Shown: piece after piece, positions 51,501 to 64,000 of the stretch
Position numbering within the stretch: position 1 is the first letter of the stretch
Layout of the letters: each line of letters starts with the position of its first letter
Source of the DNA: Selaginella moellendorffii
Taxonomy: Eukaryota > Plantae > Lycopodiophyta
Assembly: GCF_000143415.4 (NCBI RefSeq)
Contig: NW_003314356.1
Location: 62,001 to 126,000 of the forward strand
Direction: 5' to 3'
DNA: 64,000 nucleotides
Program-made: the position numbers and the translations under genes
The notes under the pieces: model-generated
What the model saw: the letters and a program-made list of their open reading frames with translations, nothing else
The model's database searches: none
What the model was told of the DNA's origin: nothing

Positions 51501-54500
51501 GGATGCTTCTGACATTGGTCTTGGAGGTGTGTTGATGCAAGAGAGCTGGTCAGCGCCATCCCATTGCATACATAAGCCGTACATTACAACCAGCGGAGAT
51601 GAACTACTCCACGACGGAGAAGGAGTGTTTAGCAGCAGTCTGGGGTTTTGAGAAACTTTATGCATATCTACATGGTTCTCGGACGTTACTTGAAGGTGAC
51701 CATACTGCTATTACTTCATTATTGAAGCGGAAGAACCTGGTTGGTCGTACGGCTCGATGGGCTTTGAAGCTTCAGATATATGATTTTGATGTTGTTCATC
51801 ACCCAGGGAGTTCTCTGGCTGATGCTGATGCCCTTTCTCGAGCTCCTCTTCCTTCTCCACTCACTTCTCATGTTTCTGACGAACCTATTTGTAAGGAACC
51901 AACTCGCCGAGGTGTCGTAGGCTAAAGGAACCCTGAAAGCATGACCAAAAAGACAAAGAGTTCATCGGATAGGATCAAGTCGAAGATCGAGTCCAAGACC
52001 GACTCTAGGACCGAGTTCGAGATAGAGTCTGGAATCGAGTCCGAGACCGACTCGGGGACCGAGTTCGAGTCTGAGTTCGAGACCGAGTTCGAGACGGAGT
52101 CCGAGATCCGAAATCGGGTCCGAGACCGAGTCCGAGGTCGAGTCCGAGGTTGGGTCCGAGATCGGGTCCGAGATCGAGTCCGAGACCGAATCCGAAGTCG
52201 GATCCGAAATCGGGTCCGAGATCGAGCCAGAGACTAAGTCCAAATACTAATACGGGTCAAGGGGTGAAAGCCCAAAGCGTGTGTCCCCCAGGGGGGGGGG
52301 CTACAGGGGGTTCCAAAAGTATAGTAGGGATAGTGAGGTCCAGGAACCAGTTTTGAAGGGACTCTCCAGTGGAGCTCCCAAACCGACTTGAGGTTGAGAC
52401 TGGGACCAAGGGGCCTTGGGTGGGAGTGAGCATGGACTTGGCTGGTGCTGGAGGGGCAATCCAAGGAAGTGCTCAAGAGCAGCTCCCACTCCCGAAAGGG
52501 AAATCGATTGCGGTGCTCCCGGCTCATGTGGAGTGGTGCCCCACTTGAGTACCATGCGGCTTATTGGTCCTCGCCCTTCCTAGGGGCTTGGGCCTTCCTT
52601 CGGGATGGAAGTGGGGGGGTAGAGGTACCCATACCGGGCCGCTAGGCCACGGTGTTTCGCCCCGGCGTCCCGAAGCAAGTGTTGCACTCAAGACTTGGGA
52701 TTTAGAGGGTCCCATGATCAAGTCTTGTGGTACCAAGGGATGTTAGGAACCTGGAAGCTTGGTGTGCTTGGCTGCTTGTGCTTGCGGGGAGTGTAGCCGA
52801 ACTTTAAGTCCAGTCTAACCCGGGGAGGGGGATTGGGAGTGATTTAGGAATCCGTGGAAGGATGGCTAACACTCCGTTGCTCGTGCAGTGAGTAGCTGAA
52901 ACCAAGTAGGAGCTGGTACCATAGGCGAGAACCTTGGCAAGGGAACTTAGCAAAAGCCAAGGCAGTGTTGAACGGATAGACGAGGTAAGCTGGCAAATTG
53001 GAAAGGAAAAATTTGTGGCTTACAATTTGGTATCGGAGCTTTTTCCTCAGTTCTAGCGAAGGATAGAGGCAGATTGCTGGGAGATGGCAAGGGCAAGGCG
53101 TAAGCGAACCCAGGTGGAGATGGAACCTCCGCCAGAGCTGGAGCCTCCGGTCGAACAAGAGGCTATGGATGAGGAATCCTTGCATGAGGAGGACTCCAGT
53201 GAGGAAACTTCCAAACAGGAGTCCGGTGGTGAGGTTCGGTCGTCTAAGGCTCGATTGGACGTTCTAGAAGGACAATTGGCGCAGACCAATGCCCTGCTGG
53301 AGACTCTCGTACGCAAGCTAAAGCGTGACGAGAAGCGGAAGAAAAAGTGAAAGACTGCGGATGCTGGCAGCGCAGAAGGTGTGGACCCTTCGGCAGGGAC
53401 TGAGGCAAAACCAGACAAGGTCGAACAAACCGAAGTGGAATCAATCCCTCAGGCAGTTCCCAAGTACAAACCAAAGCCCCCACCGGTCTTCAAAGGAGTG
53501 AACGACTATAAGGTTGTGAAGGATTAGTTTTACGATATGGAGGACTACTTCCGAGCGTTGCGGTTACCGAGCTCGGAGAAGGTCCCATGTGCAAAACCAT
53601 ACTTGGCAGATAATGCCAAGTCTTGATGGAGAACAACGGAGGCCAACGAAGGACCGGTGGTCACCTGGGACATGATGAAGGCGAGGATCCGCGCAACATA
53701 CGTTCCTCTGAATGCCACTTTGCATCTGAGAGATGAGCTGAGTAGGCTGAAGCAGACTGGAACCATCCAGAAATATGTGAATGGGTTCATGGCAAAAAGG
53801 ATACTTGTCATGGACATGGGGGATATGGATGCATTCCATGCCTTCATATCAGGTTTGCAAACCTGGGCTCGCGGTGAGGTGATGCGCTGGAACCCGACCA
53901 ACTACAAGGAAGCGTTGGATGCGGCCATCAAGGTGCATTTCAACGATAACCTGCGAAAGGGGAACACGACGGGGTCGGGATCCACGTTTAGCAAAGGGGC
54001 CAAACCAAGGGGAACGTATAGCAGGGGGAAATTCAAGAAGAGTTTCTCTAAGAATGAGTCCTCGGGGTTCCTGAAAGGCAAATCCGGTGGCCAGCGAGCG
54101 AGTACGTGGGGGAGTCAAGCGAAAAGAGACAAACCCACGGATAAGAAGGTCAAGTCGTATAGCAGCGTGGGAAACAACGTATGCTACAACTGCGGTGAAG
54201 CGGGACACTTTTCGAGGGAATGTCCCTACCTGAAGAAGGCCAGAGCCAATATGGCCATCAAGTCGGGTGAAGTCCAAACTGAGGTATGTGATCCAGTCCC
54301 TAACTCAAAGTTACTCATTACACGAGCAACTTTGGTAGAGAGTCGTTCGCGACATCTACTAGCCCTCCGAGGGAAGCTTGGAGGTAGCTTTGTTAAGATC
54401 CTTATTGACACGGGCTTCGGATAATTTTGTGGCTGCAGACATAGTCTGGCATAGCGGCTGAAACGCTTTGTATAAAGGGATCAGGAGGAGTTAATACCAC

Positions 54501-54775
54501 CTACAGATCCACCGATGCCTCCTCCTGACGTTCCTCCGGATCTCGGCCCATCTTCAAGAGAACCCTGATGGTCTTCCATTATCCCAAGAGGAGCGGATGA
54601 TGTGAGGGCCAAGTGTACGGTTACGATGCCATATACTAATATTAACGTAGTAGGATTTTGGTAGCCGTCGGATTGGTTTCAATCTGGACCACTCGCTCCT
54701 GTATATAAGCTAGGGTTTTTGGGCTAATTAATATGCACATTTCTGTATTCCCTTTCCATATTCCAAGCACTCACA
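48561..54775 (+). mobile_element. Ty3/gypsy family A copy 2, both 175-bp LTRs, 4-bp TSD CTTC, internally deleted and carrying a family B fragment
   Basis: LTRs 48561-48735 and 54601-54775 (TGTGA...TCACA); CTTC at 48557-48560 and 54776-54779; gag 48969-49898; GGGAAAC at 49874-49880; pol fragments to 51889; integrase tail from ~54452. Confidence 0.93.
51890..54450 (+). mobile_element. Ty3/gypsy family B copy 2 (5' LTR 51890-53024, PBS, gag, start of protease; truncated)
   Basis: TGTAAG...CTTACA LTR, TGGTATCGGAGC PBS, gag ORFs 53084-53350 and 53657-54424 highly similar to copy 1. Confidence 0.92.
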
Positions 54776-55019
54776 CTTCTTTATTTAAAAGTGCTATTGG
54801 TGATATTCTCTTACCCTTGGATTTTTAGGATGGATGGCTTAGATGTAACATAACACTCTTAAAACATTATGGGTTTCATATATCTAAGGGTTTTATGTTG
54901 TCACTGCACAGCATTGGGAATGAAAAAAGGAGAGCGAGCCCCTTGAAAATACCATTTTCCTCAATTTGGTACATAAATTTTTTGTTTTAGATACATGATG
55001 GTGGCTTGATTCTTCACTT

Positions 55020-58000
55020 TGTGAGACACAAAATCCCTAGGCCCCAAAGTGGAGCCGGAAGGGTGACATGTGGTGGTGGCCAAAGCGAAAACCAAACGAG
55101 AGTAACACGTTTGGACTAAAAGCCCCGACTTGAAAGGTCGAGAGCGGGAGTGGAACTCCCAACACAGTGCTCGAGGAACGAGCACAAAGCGAGCAATAAG
55201 TGAGGCTCCAAAAAGGGACCCAAAAGGACCAACATATGACACGTGGAAGTGTCCGAGATGGACCCGAGTTGGAGTCCAAAGTGGAGTTCGAAGTGGAGTC
55301 CGCGAAGGACCTCGAGATGGAGTCCGAAGTGGAGTCCGAGAAGGACCCCGAGATGGGGTCCGAGGTGGAGTCCGAGGTGGACCCGAGATGGAGTCTGAGA
55401 TGGAGTCCGAGACGGACCCGAGATGGAGTCCGAGATGGAGTCAGAGGTGGAGTCCGAGATGGAGTCCGAGGTGGAGTCCGAGGTGGACCCGAGATGGACC
55501 CGAGATGGAGTCCGAGATGGAGTCCGAGATGGACCCGAGATGGAGTCCGAGATGGACCCGAGATGGACACGAGATGGAGTCCGAGATGGAGTCCGAGATG
55601 GACCCGAGATGGAGTCCGAGATGGACCCGAGATGGAGTCCGAAGTCGAGACCGAGACCGAGACCGAGACCGGGACCGAGATCGAGACCGGGACCGAGATC
55701 GGGACCGAGACCGAGACCGAGGCCGAGGCCGAGCCCGAGCCTGAGCCCGAGTCCGAGTCCGAGTCCGAGTTTGAGTCCGAGTCCGAGTCTGAGTCCGAGT
55801 CCGAGTCTGAGAGGGTGAAAGCCCAAAGCGTTCGTCTCCTAGACCCTAGGGGGTTTGGTGAGCTCCAAAAGTATAGTAAGGGGGAGGACTGCAGTGGAGC
55901 CAATTTGGCCAGGAAAGGCCAGTTTGGCCCAGGAAGGCCGGACCCAGTGTTGGGTGATAAGCTGCCCACTGGGAAGTCCAAGACTAGAGTGAACACGGAC
56001 CGACAAGCTAGGTAGCTTGGTGAAGTGTTCAAGAGCTGGCTCTAGTTCCCCCGGGAGATCGACTGGCCGATGCTCCCAGTCCAAGTGTGGGTGGCACTAC
56101 CTACTTGGATACCTGTCGTGGCTTAATGGAACCTCGCTCTAAGCCCATGGCTAGAGCACCTAAAGGCGAAAGGTAGGGAGAGTACCCATGAGGCTTGCGT
56201 AAGGCCACGGTGTTCCAAAATGTTGTCCCAAAGTCCCAAACGGTGAAAGGGAAGAGGAGTAGGCCTCTAATGCAGTGACCAAGGATATGGTCACATGGTG
56301 AGGAAGTCCCAAAGGATAGTGGGACTTAGCAGTCGGGCCTGCGGGCCTTGATCCAGTGGCAGTGTTGGCAAACACGGCCATGGACGAAAAGGGACTTGGT
56401 GGGGACTGGAAAAGAGATGTCGGGGAAGGCTATTCCCCATATCTGTGGGCATCCTAGGGATGCTAAGGAGTGGATCGGGGATGATCACTCACAGATGGAT
56501 GGCCCAGTCTTTGAGAGACGGTACTATGATGCTGGTGGCGTTAGACCAAAGGTGTGACCAAGATGAATGGGCATGGCCTTAGCGTAACGGGCCAATATGT
56601 CGGGGGTACCTTGGGGTGTCGGTCATGGGATCAGACACGTGGAGCACTTGGACCAAGTGCAAAAGTTGAGTGGCATGGATGCCATTCTCGGGGCTAGCAT
56701 GCCCCAAGTCCTAACTGGGACTTATGAAGTTTGTGAATGAGACTCCTCCAAGTGGTCGGAGGTGCGGTTAAGTGACTAAAGTAAAATGGAAAAATTAGTC
56801 GCTTACAATTTGGTATCGGAGCTGTTCCTTAGTCCGACTTTTATTGGTGCTCAAGTATATCACCACTGGTGTTGGCAGCGAAAGGTCCGAGGAGTGGGCC
56901 TATCCTTGAGGAGTAGCAGGTCGGGAAGACATGGCTCTCCATTACAGTTCATATGGGAACTTGTAGACAAAATGGTGGATAGAAAAGGGCCAATAATTTA
57001 ACGACTTTGGGATCTTGGGAACAGTATAAGGTTTCCTCAGAGAGCTGAGGATGTGATCCAGATGAGGGTTTGACGCAGCAAACGGGCTAATGTAGTTGTG
57101 GTAAACAACTATAGTTGGGATCACGGGAAAGGGGTAGACTCCAAAACAATAAAGGAGTCACAAGATTACCTTCATATAGTTGAGGCTAGTGTTCATAACT
57201 TTGAGACCAGAATTGATAACCATGGGAGGTCAAATACAGAAGAGGACACAAGTCCTTTAAATGGTAGCCGGGGCTACCTCTAATAAATGCTGGAACAACC
57301 CAAGGAGTTGGGGGTGTACTCAGAGGATGAGTTGGTATTCTCATCACATGGACAAGTGGTCCTAAGGGGCAAAAGGTGCCCCAAGAGAACAAATCAAGTG
57401 TCGGAGTAACACTTGCAAACATGGTCTTTGTGAGCAAGACCTGAATACAAAAAGTTGTATTCCAGCGAGTTGACACCTCGAAGACTAAGACCTCGTAGGT
57501 CGTTGGATCAGCAAAGTCTAAAATGCTGGATGACTCAAGTGGAGTCAGAGAATGGTCATAAGGGATTGGTTGAAGCATTTAGACGGAGGTGTATGGTGCC
57601 CCATGAGGTATGGGGAGGATCATAAGATCCAAGTATGAGAACAGTGAGTATCTCATTGATGGCAGAATGTGCCATATTAAAGTCGTGGGAAAGATGTTCC
57701 CAGAAGAAAGCAACTTTGGCCCAGAGTTGGGTGCAAACACTATGGTGCGGTGTTAACGGATAGTTAGCATGAGGAACAACTATATTGGTCTTGGCAAAGA
57801 CCTAAACACTAATAAGTAGTGTTATAAGGATAGGCTCGTAGAGCCGATGGTGTGGAGATACCGAAGGTGCCAAGGCGTGCTGCCTTGAGGTCAAGTTGGC
57901 GGGTTCATGAGAACCCTGTCCAAAGGAATCCCAATGGAAATGGGAATGGCATAGCTTAAGCTAGAAAGCATGCGGTTAGAGTGTGGTGACCCAGATAATG

Positions 58001-59039
58001 ATGGAAGTGTGGAAACACTAGCAATGAGTTGTAGGACTTGACAACTATGAGGCAACTAAGCAAAAGGTGCAAAATAATTCGTTAAACTAGTAGGAGGCAA
58101 CTACCTAAGACTTCTTATTGGGATAAGGAAGTAGATATACCCTTATGGGGGGTCAATTGCTTATGTTGCGATATAGTAAGTCAATGTCGAAAGGGGAATG
58201 CTCATTGCCAAAGATGCCATCATTGGGACACCCAAACACTCTAGAACACCAGAAGGTGGTGTTTAGTGTCATGAGGGCAATGGATAATGCCCAAGGGACA
58301 AAGTCCCTAGCGAATGAAGGATAGAAGGTGCTATCCAAATATCCAAGGCTGTGGAGACGGGAGAAGTCCGTCTACCCAAATTGGACAAAGCCAAAGGGGA
58401 TTTTGGCAAGGCTAGGGATGGGCATATAAAGGCCCACATGTAGCAACGGTAATCCTAGGGTATGGGATTACAAGGTGAGCAAATCCGGATTGAGGAACCA
58501 CTCCTAGGCTGTCAGGTAGGTTCATCCCTATGAATACTTGCCAAAGCATGGTAGAAAGTGCAAAGTTATCTTCCTAGTCTGGAGGAGAATGACCGAAGGA
58601 AATATATGAGGCCAAAAGGCAAGTAATAAAGGGATAGAACCGAACCATAGGAATTGACAAGCATGACCAAGGGTGGTTATGCAAGTTGGGAGTGGAGAAT
58701 CAAGTGGGCGCTCAAGCATGTTGTTACTAGCGACTGGGATGCCATGGAAAGTCAAAAACATGGGATTGTCCATGTTAGACTATATAGCAATTGGAAAGTT
58801 TGCGAAAGGAGAGGCCTTAGCAAGCTAAAGGGACAAAGTTCCTTTGAAAGGTTCCCAAAGACAATTCTAGGTAATTGGATACCTAGAAAGCCAAATGTAA
58901 ATAGTTCATAGAACGCACGAAATCAGAGTGGCGCAGCAAAAGCGTGGTCTTGAAGCTTGCCATGAGGCAAGGCTATCAAGGTTGGGGAAATAATTCCCGA
59001 TTGTTCAAAGAGAGGGCTTTGAACGAAAGTCGATGGTTA
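55020..59039 (+). mobile_element. B-related LTR element (family D): ~1.8-kb LTR with GAGTCC/GAGATG array, iMet PBS, non-coding internal region
   Basis: LTR ends GCTTACA at 56807 followed by ATTTGGTATCGGAGC; shares GGGTGAAAGCCCAAAGCGT and CAAAAGTATAGT with B LTRs; start TGTGAGAC at 55020 is tentative; no gag/pol ORF recognised in 56820-59039. Confidence 0.65.
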
Positions 59040-60456
59040 AAGCTCTATTTCATTAAAGTGGGATTTATTCAGTAAAATGGGACTAGGTACAAATTTTCAA
59101 GTATTTGAAAATGACGTGGAATTATATGTTTTTTGTCCAGGGGCTAGACATATCTGGGGCATGGTGACTAGCGCGGTGACTTTGTGTCCAGACTGAGTCC
59201 ATCTTGTTGTATAATAAATCTCATTGTCAAGGTGAACAAGCCGAATCTGAAGCTAAAGAAGAGCGATGGCATGCGCGCACACACTATTTGTTTGTTCATT
59301 GAGTGTGTGGTGAGCTTTCCAAGATGAACGTCATTCCTATTAGCCAAACATATAACTTAATGGTGAGAACATTTAGATATTATTCAATGTTATCTTTTTC
59401 TAACGAATCTAATTGTGAAGGTGTAGCAAGAGGCATTGCTAGTCTGGAGAAGTCATTTAACTCATTTTGACCCTTAGTGTATTTTCATGAAACTAAATAA
59501 CATTCATATTATTAAGGAATTTCTCTAGTACCTTTTTTTTACGACATAGAGGCTTGCATTTCTTTCAAAGGTGATTTAGTAAAAGGCCTGAGGGCACATG
59601 CCATTCTATTTCTCAGACCGGTATTAAGATATACTAGTGCAAAGGGAAAAAGGTATTTGGTGATCAAGTAAATGGCATGAGGGCACACGCCATTATAAAC
59701 CTAAGCGCTAGTGGACACCTCCTTTTTGGTACTCTCAGCGGTACTATAATCCTTCTCCGGGTCAGTTGTTTTGCTTTGGATTGTTGTCTCTGACGTTACT
59801 GGGGCGTTCTCGATAGTTGTTAATGTTGCCGTTTGTTCAGAAAAATGATCACCTGGAGTATAGTACGGGGAGTTTGGAAGACTTATATATTCTAAATCTT
59901 CACCTATCTCCTTCTCCGTCTCCTTTTCTGCCTCACTTACAGATTTTGTGCTTGCCATGAGAACGCTCTTCACCCTAAAATATGGAGTTCGTTGTGTTAT
60001 AAAAGGAAACCAGCACACACGCTGCAAGGGAATGATGGTACATAAAGCACGTAAGCCCACAATATGGGTTTATGTGCCATTAATATGGGCCACACGCCAT
60101 ATTATTAGATTTATGCACGTGTGATTGGTAAATGCATATGTCACATCATCTTTGTTTTACCTCACACACTATATCAGGCCTAATGAACCATATCACATGT
60201 GCGCACATGCTATATATATGGAGAAGTATTATGCAAGGATAGAAAAATTCAATGCATGATTGTGGAGAGCAATGGCATGAAGCCACATGCTAAATAACAT
60301 TTTAGAGAAAGAATTAAAATAAAAACATGCAAACAGTACTGAGTGGACCAAGACTTAGAAGTGCACAATTGAATGAGGTATTTCTAATAAATATTTCACT
60401 CACCTCATATAGGAATGGCTACCACTCTCAAATGGCATATCGCCTCATGCCATCAC
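59040..60456. mobile_element. Left end of a second Sola-like element copy, interrupted by a family C LTR element
   Basis: 59040-60180 is nearly identical to 27447-28586 including the TIR (1 mismatch). 60181-60456 differs but has further palindromes (60191, 60272, 60432). Left flank GTTA is the candidate TSD. Confidence 0.92.
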
Positions 60457-60720
60457 TGTTAGGCGCCAGCTTTGACTACGTGGTCAACGTTGGTCAAAGG
60501 GAGGCTCAAGGGTATATTAAGGCATGTTAGGGTAAGGGACTTAACCTACCCTAAGGCTCACAGTGGAGCTGCAGCGCGGCGGCGCAGTGGAGCTTTTGAG
60601 GTAGCTCGGGGGTGGTTGGGTGGTGAGGAACCTCAAGAGGTGGCGTAGCATAGCCTAGGGCAACGAGATCTTTGTCTTTTTGTGCCGGATCATAACATTG
60701 GTATCAGAGGATTGGTTGCG

Positions 60721-61689
60721 ATGGCCGACCAAGCTGAACGCTGGAATCCTATCATCGATGGTGGTGCCGACAATGGTGCCGACGAAGCTGCGGAGATTTG
60801 GACCATTCAAGATGTGGTTCATGAGCTGCGAGCCCTTAATAAAAATCAGCAAGAGATGCAAGACGAGATGCATGGCATGATGGATACCATGCATGGGCGT
60901 GTTGAGGCACTCGAGGCTGGACGGGGTAGCGCTCCAAGTAAGCCTTCTTTGGTAGATCGACTCAAGATTCCAACCTTTTCCGGTGATGGTGGTGTGGACG
61001 AGTGTCTCGCTTGGCTAGCCAATGTGAAGAAGTTCTTGGCTGCTAGAGGAACTCCAGATGCAGAGGCTTTAGTGGCTATTCCGATGGTTTTGCGTGATGC
61101 GGGTCTTCGATGGTGGAATTGGCTTGAGGAGTCCCGTGTTGCGGATAAGAAATCACCAGTATCTACCATGGATGAGTTTGAGGCTGCTTTCCATTTACGT
61201 TTTGCCCCTCATTACGACGTGGAGAATGCTCGTACAGAACTTCGCCATTTCCAGCAAGGGAAAATGACGCTTGGGGATTATATTGAGAAGCTTACTCGCT
61301 TGATTAGTCGTGTTCCAACGAAGGATCCAGATCAGAACAAATCCTACTTCATTGATGGCCTACATAGTGAGAGCATGCGGCAACACTTGCGTCATTCTCA
61401 GCCTACAAAGAGTTTGGAGGAGCTCTTTGATGCGGCTCGTCGACTTGATAATGACAAGCACAAGTCTCGCAAGCGTTCGCGGAGTCCTTCTGTCGAGAAT
61501 CGTCGTGATGATCACCGTGGACACAAGGATGGGAACAAGCATCACAAGTTGAAGTCGGTGGTGACTACCTCAGATGCAAAGGGGTCCAAGAAGCAGAAGT
61601 TCTTTGTGAAGAATTATAGACAGGGTTGTCATCATTGCAGCGAACTTGGACACTACAAGGCTGATTGTCCACAGTTGAAGAACAAGTAG
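60721..61689 (+). CDS. Gag of family C
   Basis: IPTFSG...WWN...FQQG...FIDGL gag core and zinc knuckle; ATG just downstream of the PBS. Confidence 0.88.
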   Translation: MADQAERWNPIIDGGADNGADEAAEIWTIQDVVHELRALNKNQQEMQDEMHGMMDTMHGRVEALEAGRGSAPSKPSLVDRLKIPTFSGDGGVDECLAWLANVKKFLAARGTPDAEALVAIPMVLRDAGLRWWNWLEESRVADKKSPVSTMDEFEAAFHLRFAPHYDVENARTELRHFQQGKMTLGDYIEKLTRLISRVPTKDPDQNKSYFIDGLHSESMRQHLRHSQPTKSLEELFDAARRLDNDKHKSRKRSRSPSVENRRDDHRGHKDGNKHHKLKSVVTTSDAKGSKKQKFFVKNYRQGCHHCSELGHYKADCPQLKNK

Positions 61690-64000
61690 CAGGACAAGAA
61701 GAATGGCCAATCTTCTTCTCACGGTAAGTCCGATACTAAAAAGTTGCAAACTTTGCAGCGTGAGGAGGAGGAGAACGACCATTCCGGTCGGAGGAAGCGA
61801 CTTTCGATCGTTGCTCGTCAGCTCAACTGTGTGTGGAACAAGATGGAGCTTGAGGATACGCATGAATCAGCTTTAATGCTGGAGGGCATGTTCCGTGGCG
61901 ATCCAGTGCGGATTTTACTGGATAGTGGGAGCGATGACAACTTTGTTTCGGCAAAGTTTGTTGCGGAGCATCGCCTGAACACACGTGGAGTTCTTCCATA
62001 CATAGTGGAAGGTGCAGCTACCTCTGCTCAGCATTTCGATGCTTGTGTCGAGGGGCTGGAAGTGTTGGTTGGCAAAACCACACTTGTGGAGACTTTTTAT
62101 CTCGCGGATATCCATCGTGTGGATCTCATTCTTGGGATGCCATGGTTGGTGAAGGTGGATCCAGAGATAAAGTGGAGCATTAAGCGTATCTCGCTGGAGT
62201 ATGGTGGCGTTAAAGATGTGTGGTTTGGCGAGGGCGTTCAACCACCAGTTGTTATGCTCTCTGCTACATCTTTGAAGCGGGCTTGTCGTAATGGAAAAGC
62301 ACTTTCAAGTTACTTGCTGTTTGTTCGTGACTTGGGGGACCAAGGCACGTGTGGGGGAGAAGCAACAGTACGGGATGTACTTGATGAGTTTTCTGATGTT
62401 TTTCCATCTGAACTTCCTCATGGATTGCCTCCATTACGAGGTGTGGAGCATGGGATTACATTGGAGCCGGGGACGCGGCCAATTTACCGGCGTCCATTTC
62501 GGTTAAGTTATGCGGAGGAGCAAGAAGTTCAACGACAAGTCAAGGAGTTACTTGAGTTTGGATTTATTCAGCCAAGTAAGTCTCCGTTTGGTGCTCCGGT
62601 CTTGCTTGTGAAGAAGGACGGTTCAATGCGGATGTGAATTGACTACCGTGCTTTAAACAAGAAGACAGTGAAGGACAAGATGCCGATGCCACGTGTGGAT
62701 GATATCCTAGACAAGCTTGGTGAAGCACGAGTGTTTACCAAGATTGATCTGAGGAGTGGATATCATCAGATTGCAATGGATGATGCATCTATCTCCAAGA
62801 CGGCATTCAACACAAGCTTTGGACATTTTGAGTTTACCGTTATGCCATTTGGTTTGACGAATGCACCGGCCACATTTACTCGGTTGATGATGGAGGTATT
62901 TGGGCGTTATCTTCATGAGTTTGTGGAGATTTTCTTGGACGATATTCTTGCTTTTAGCAAGAATATGGAGGAGCATAGGGTGCATTTGCGCAAGGTTCTT
63001 TTGTTACTTCGAGACAGCAAACTTTATGCGAAGAAGAGCAAATGTGAATTTGCAAAGTCGGAGGTGGAATATCTAGGCCATATTGTGACATCTAAGGGTG
63101 TCAAGACGGATCCAAGGAAGGTGGCTGTGGTGGAAAACTGGCCTACACCGACTATAGTGGCCGAGTTGCGCAGTTTTCTTGGTATGGCTAGTTACTACCG
63201 ACGTTTCCAGCATAAGTTTGCAAAGGTGGCTATTCCATTGACGCGGTTGTTACGCAAGAATGTGCCATTCGAGTGGAAGACGCCACAAGAGGAGAGTTTT
63301 GTGGCGCTGAAATGATTGTTGATCGAGGCTCCAGTGCTTCACATTGCTGATCCATCGAAACCTTACGAGGTGACATGCGATGCGAGTGGTTATGCACTAG
63401 GAGGAGTTCTCATGCAAGAGGGACAGCCTATTGCATATGAGAGTCGAACTTTGAATTCCGCGGAGCAACGCTATTCCACATATGAGCAAGAGTTACTCTC
63501 TATTGTTCATGCTTTGCGGACGTGGCGGCACTATCTTTATGGTGCAGTGTTCGTGGTGTTGACAGATCACAAACCACTTGTGTATCTTTTCACACAGAAG
63601 GAGTTGAACACTAGGCAAGCTCGTTGGATGGTCAAACTCATGGAGTTTGGGGAGTTTCCTATTGAGCATCGTCCGGGAAAATCAAATGTGGTGGCGGATG
63701 CTTTATCTCGTGTTCGTCATTTGACGATGTTACGAACACGATTTTGTCATCATTTGAGTAAGGTGGTCAGCGAGTTTGGGCACTTGGTTGAGCATGCTCA
63801 GGCTCAGGATGCTGAGGTGGCCTCTTTGCGAGACCAGATGGAAGCTCCTTTCTCATTGGTGGATGGGATTCTCTACTACAATGGCCGTGTCTATTTGCCA
63901 CGGGTGGATGCGTTAATTACTCAAGTTTTATTCTACTATCATGATCGTTCAGAGGCCGGTCATTTTGGGGGGAAGAAGACATATGAGTTGATTAGGCGCA
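61690..64000 (+). pseudogene. Pol of family C (PR, RT, RNase H, start of integrase) with in-frame stops
   Basis: ORFs 61744-62637 and 62668-63315 in the gag frame, separated by TGA codons. Confidence 0.9.

Larger units (their letters stand above)
60457..64000 (+). mobile_element. Ty3/gypsy family C, younger copy (5' LTR 60457-60697, iMet PBS, gag-pol running off the window)
   Basis: TGTTA...TAACA LTR, TGGTATCAGAG PBS, gag with CHHC...H...C knuckle, LLDSGS protease, FLDDIL RT, TCDAS RNase H; a few nonsense changes. Confidence 0.95.

Noticed and set aside
55037-56032. Long ORFs on both strands (ESESES / SDSDSD / RDRDRD), also at 14203-14629 and 51941-52243
   Set aside because: By-products of stop-free hexamer arrays within LTRs.
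61687-61689. Programmed stop-codon readthrough between gag and pol of family C
   Set aside because: The other family C copy has CAG at this codon (KNKQQG, ~13810), so the TAG is most simply a C-to-T mutation in a single gag-pol ORF.

Overview
Eukaryotic, land-plant-type, repeat-rich DNA: plant telomere repeat, PPR relic, tRNA-iMet primer sites and very short 47-57 nt GT-AG introns (compatible with a seed-free plant such as a lycophyte; inference only). Most of the window is nested Ty3/gypsy LTR retrotransposons from five families, labelled here A, B, C, D and a Tcn1/Tf1-like chromovirus. The centrepiece is an apparently intact 13,246-bp DNA transposon (27447-40692; perfect 24-bp TIRs, 4-bp TSD GAGT) inserted in the chromovirus, which is itself inserted in family A. 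It carries two divergent genes. One is a Sola-like (DUF7869-type) DDD transposase. The other is a predicted 11-exon, ~1,626-aa gene that appears to fuse a ParB/Srx-like domain, a degenerate beta-class N6/N4 DNA-methyltransferase-like fold, basic/acidic linkers and an FCP1-like HAD phosphatase. The element contains about 27 copies of a 22-bp palindrome (ATGGCRTG-N6-CAYGCCAT), found in its introns, intergenic DNA and even coding linkers, and not seen outside this family. This suggests a transposon-encoded protein-plus-cognate-site (ParB/parS-like, possibly anti-silencing) system. A second family member starts at 59040. Also present: a self-priming PBS, -1 frameshift signals, Helitron-like tail-to-head junctions, a ~600-bp foldback and decayed host-gene fragments. 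All domain calls are by motif recognition, not database search.
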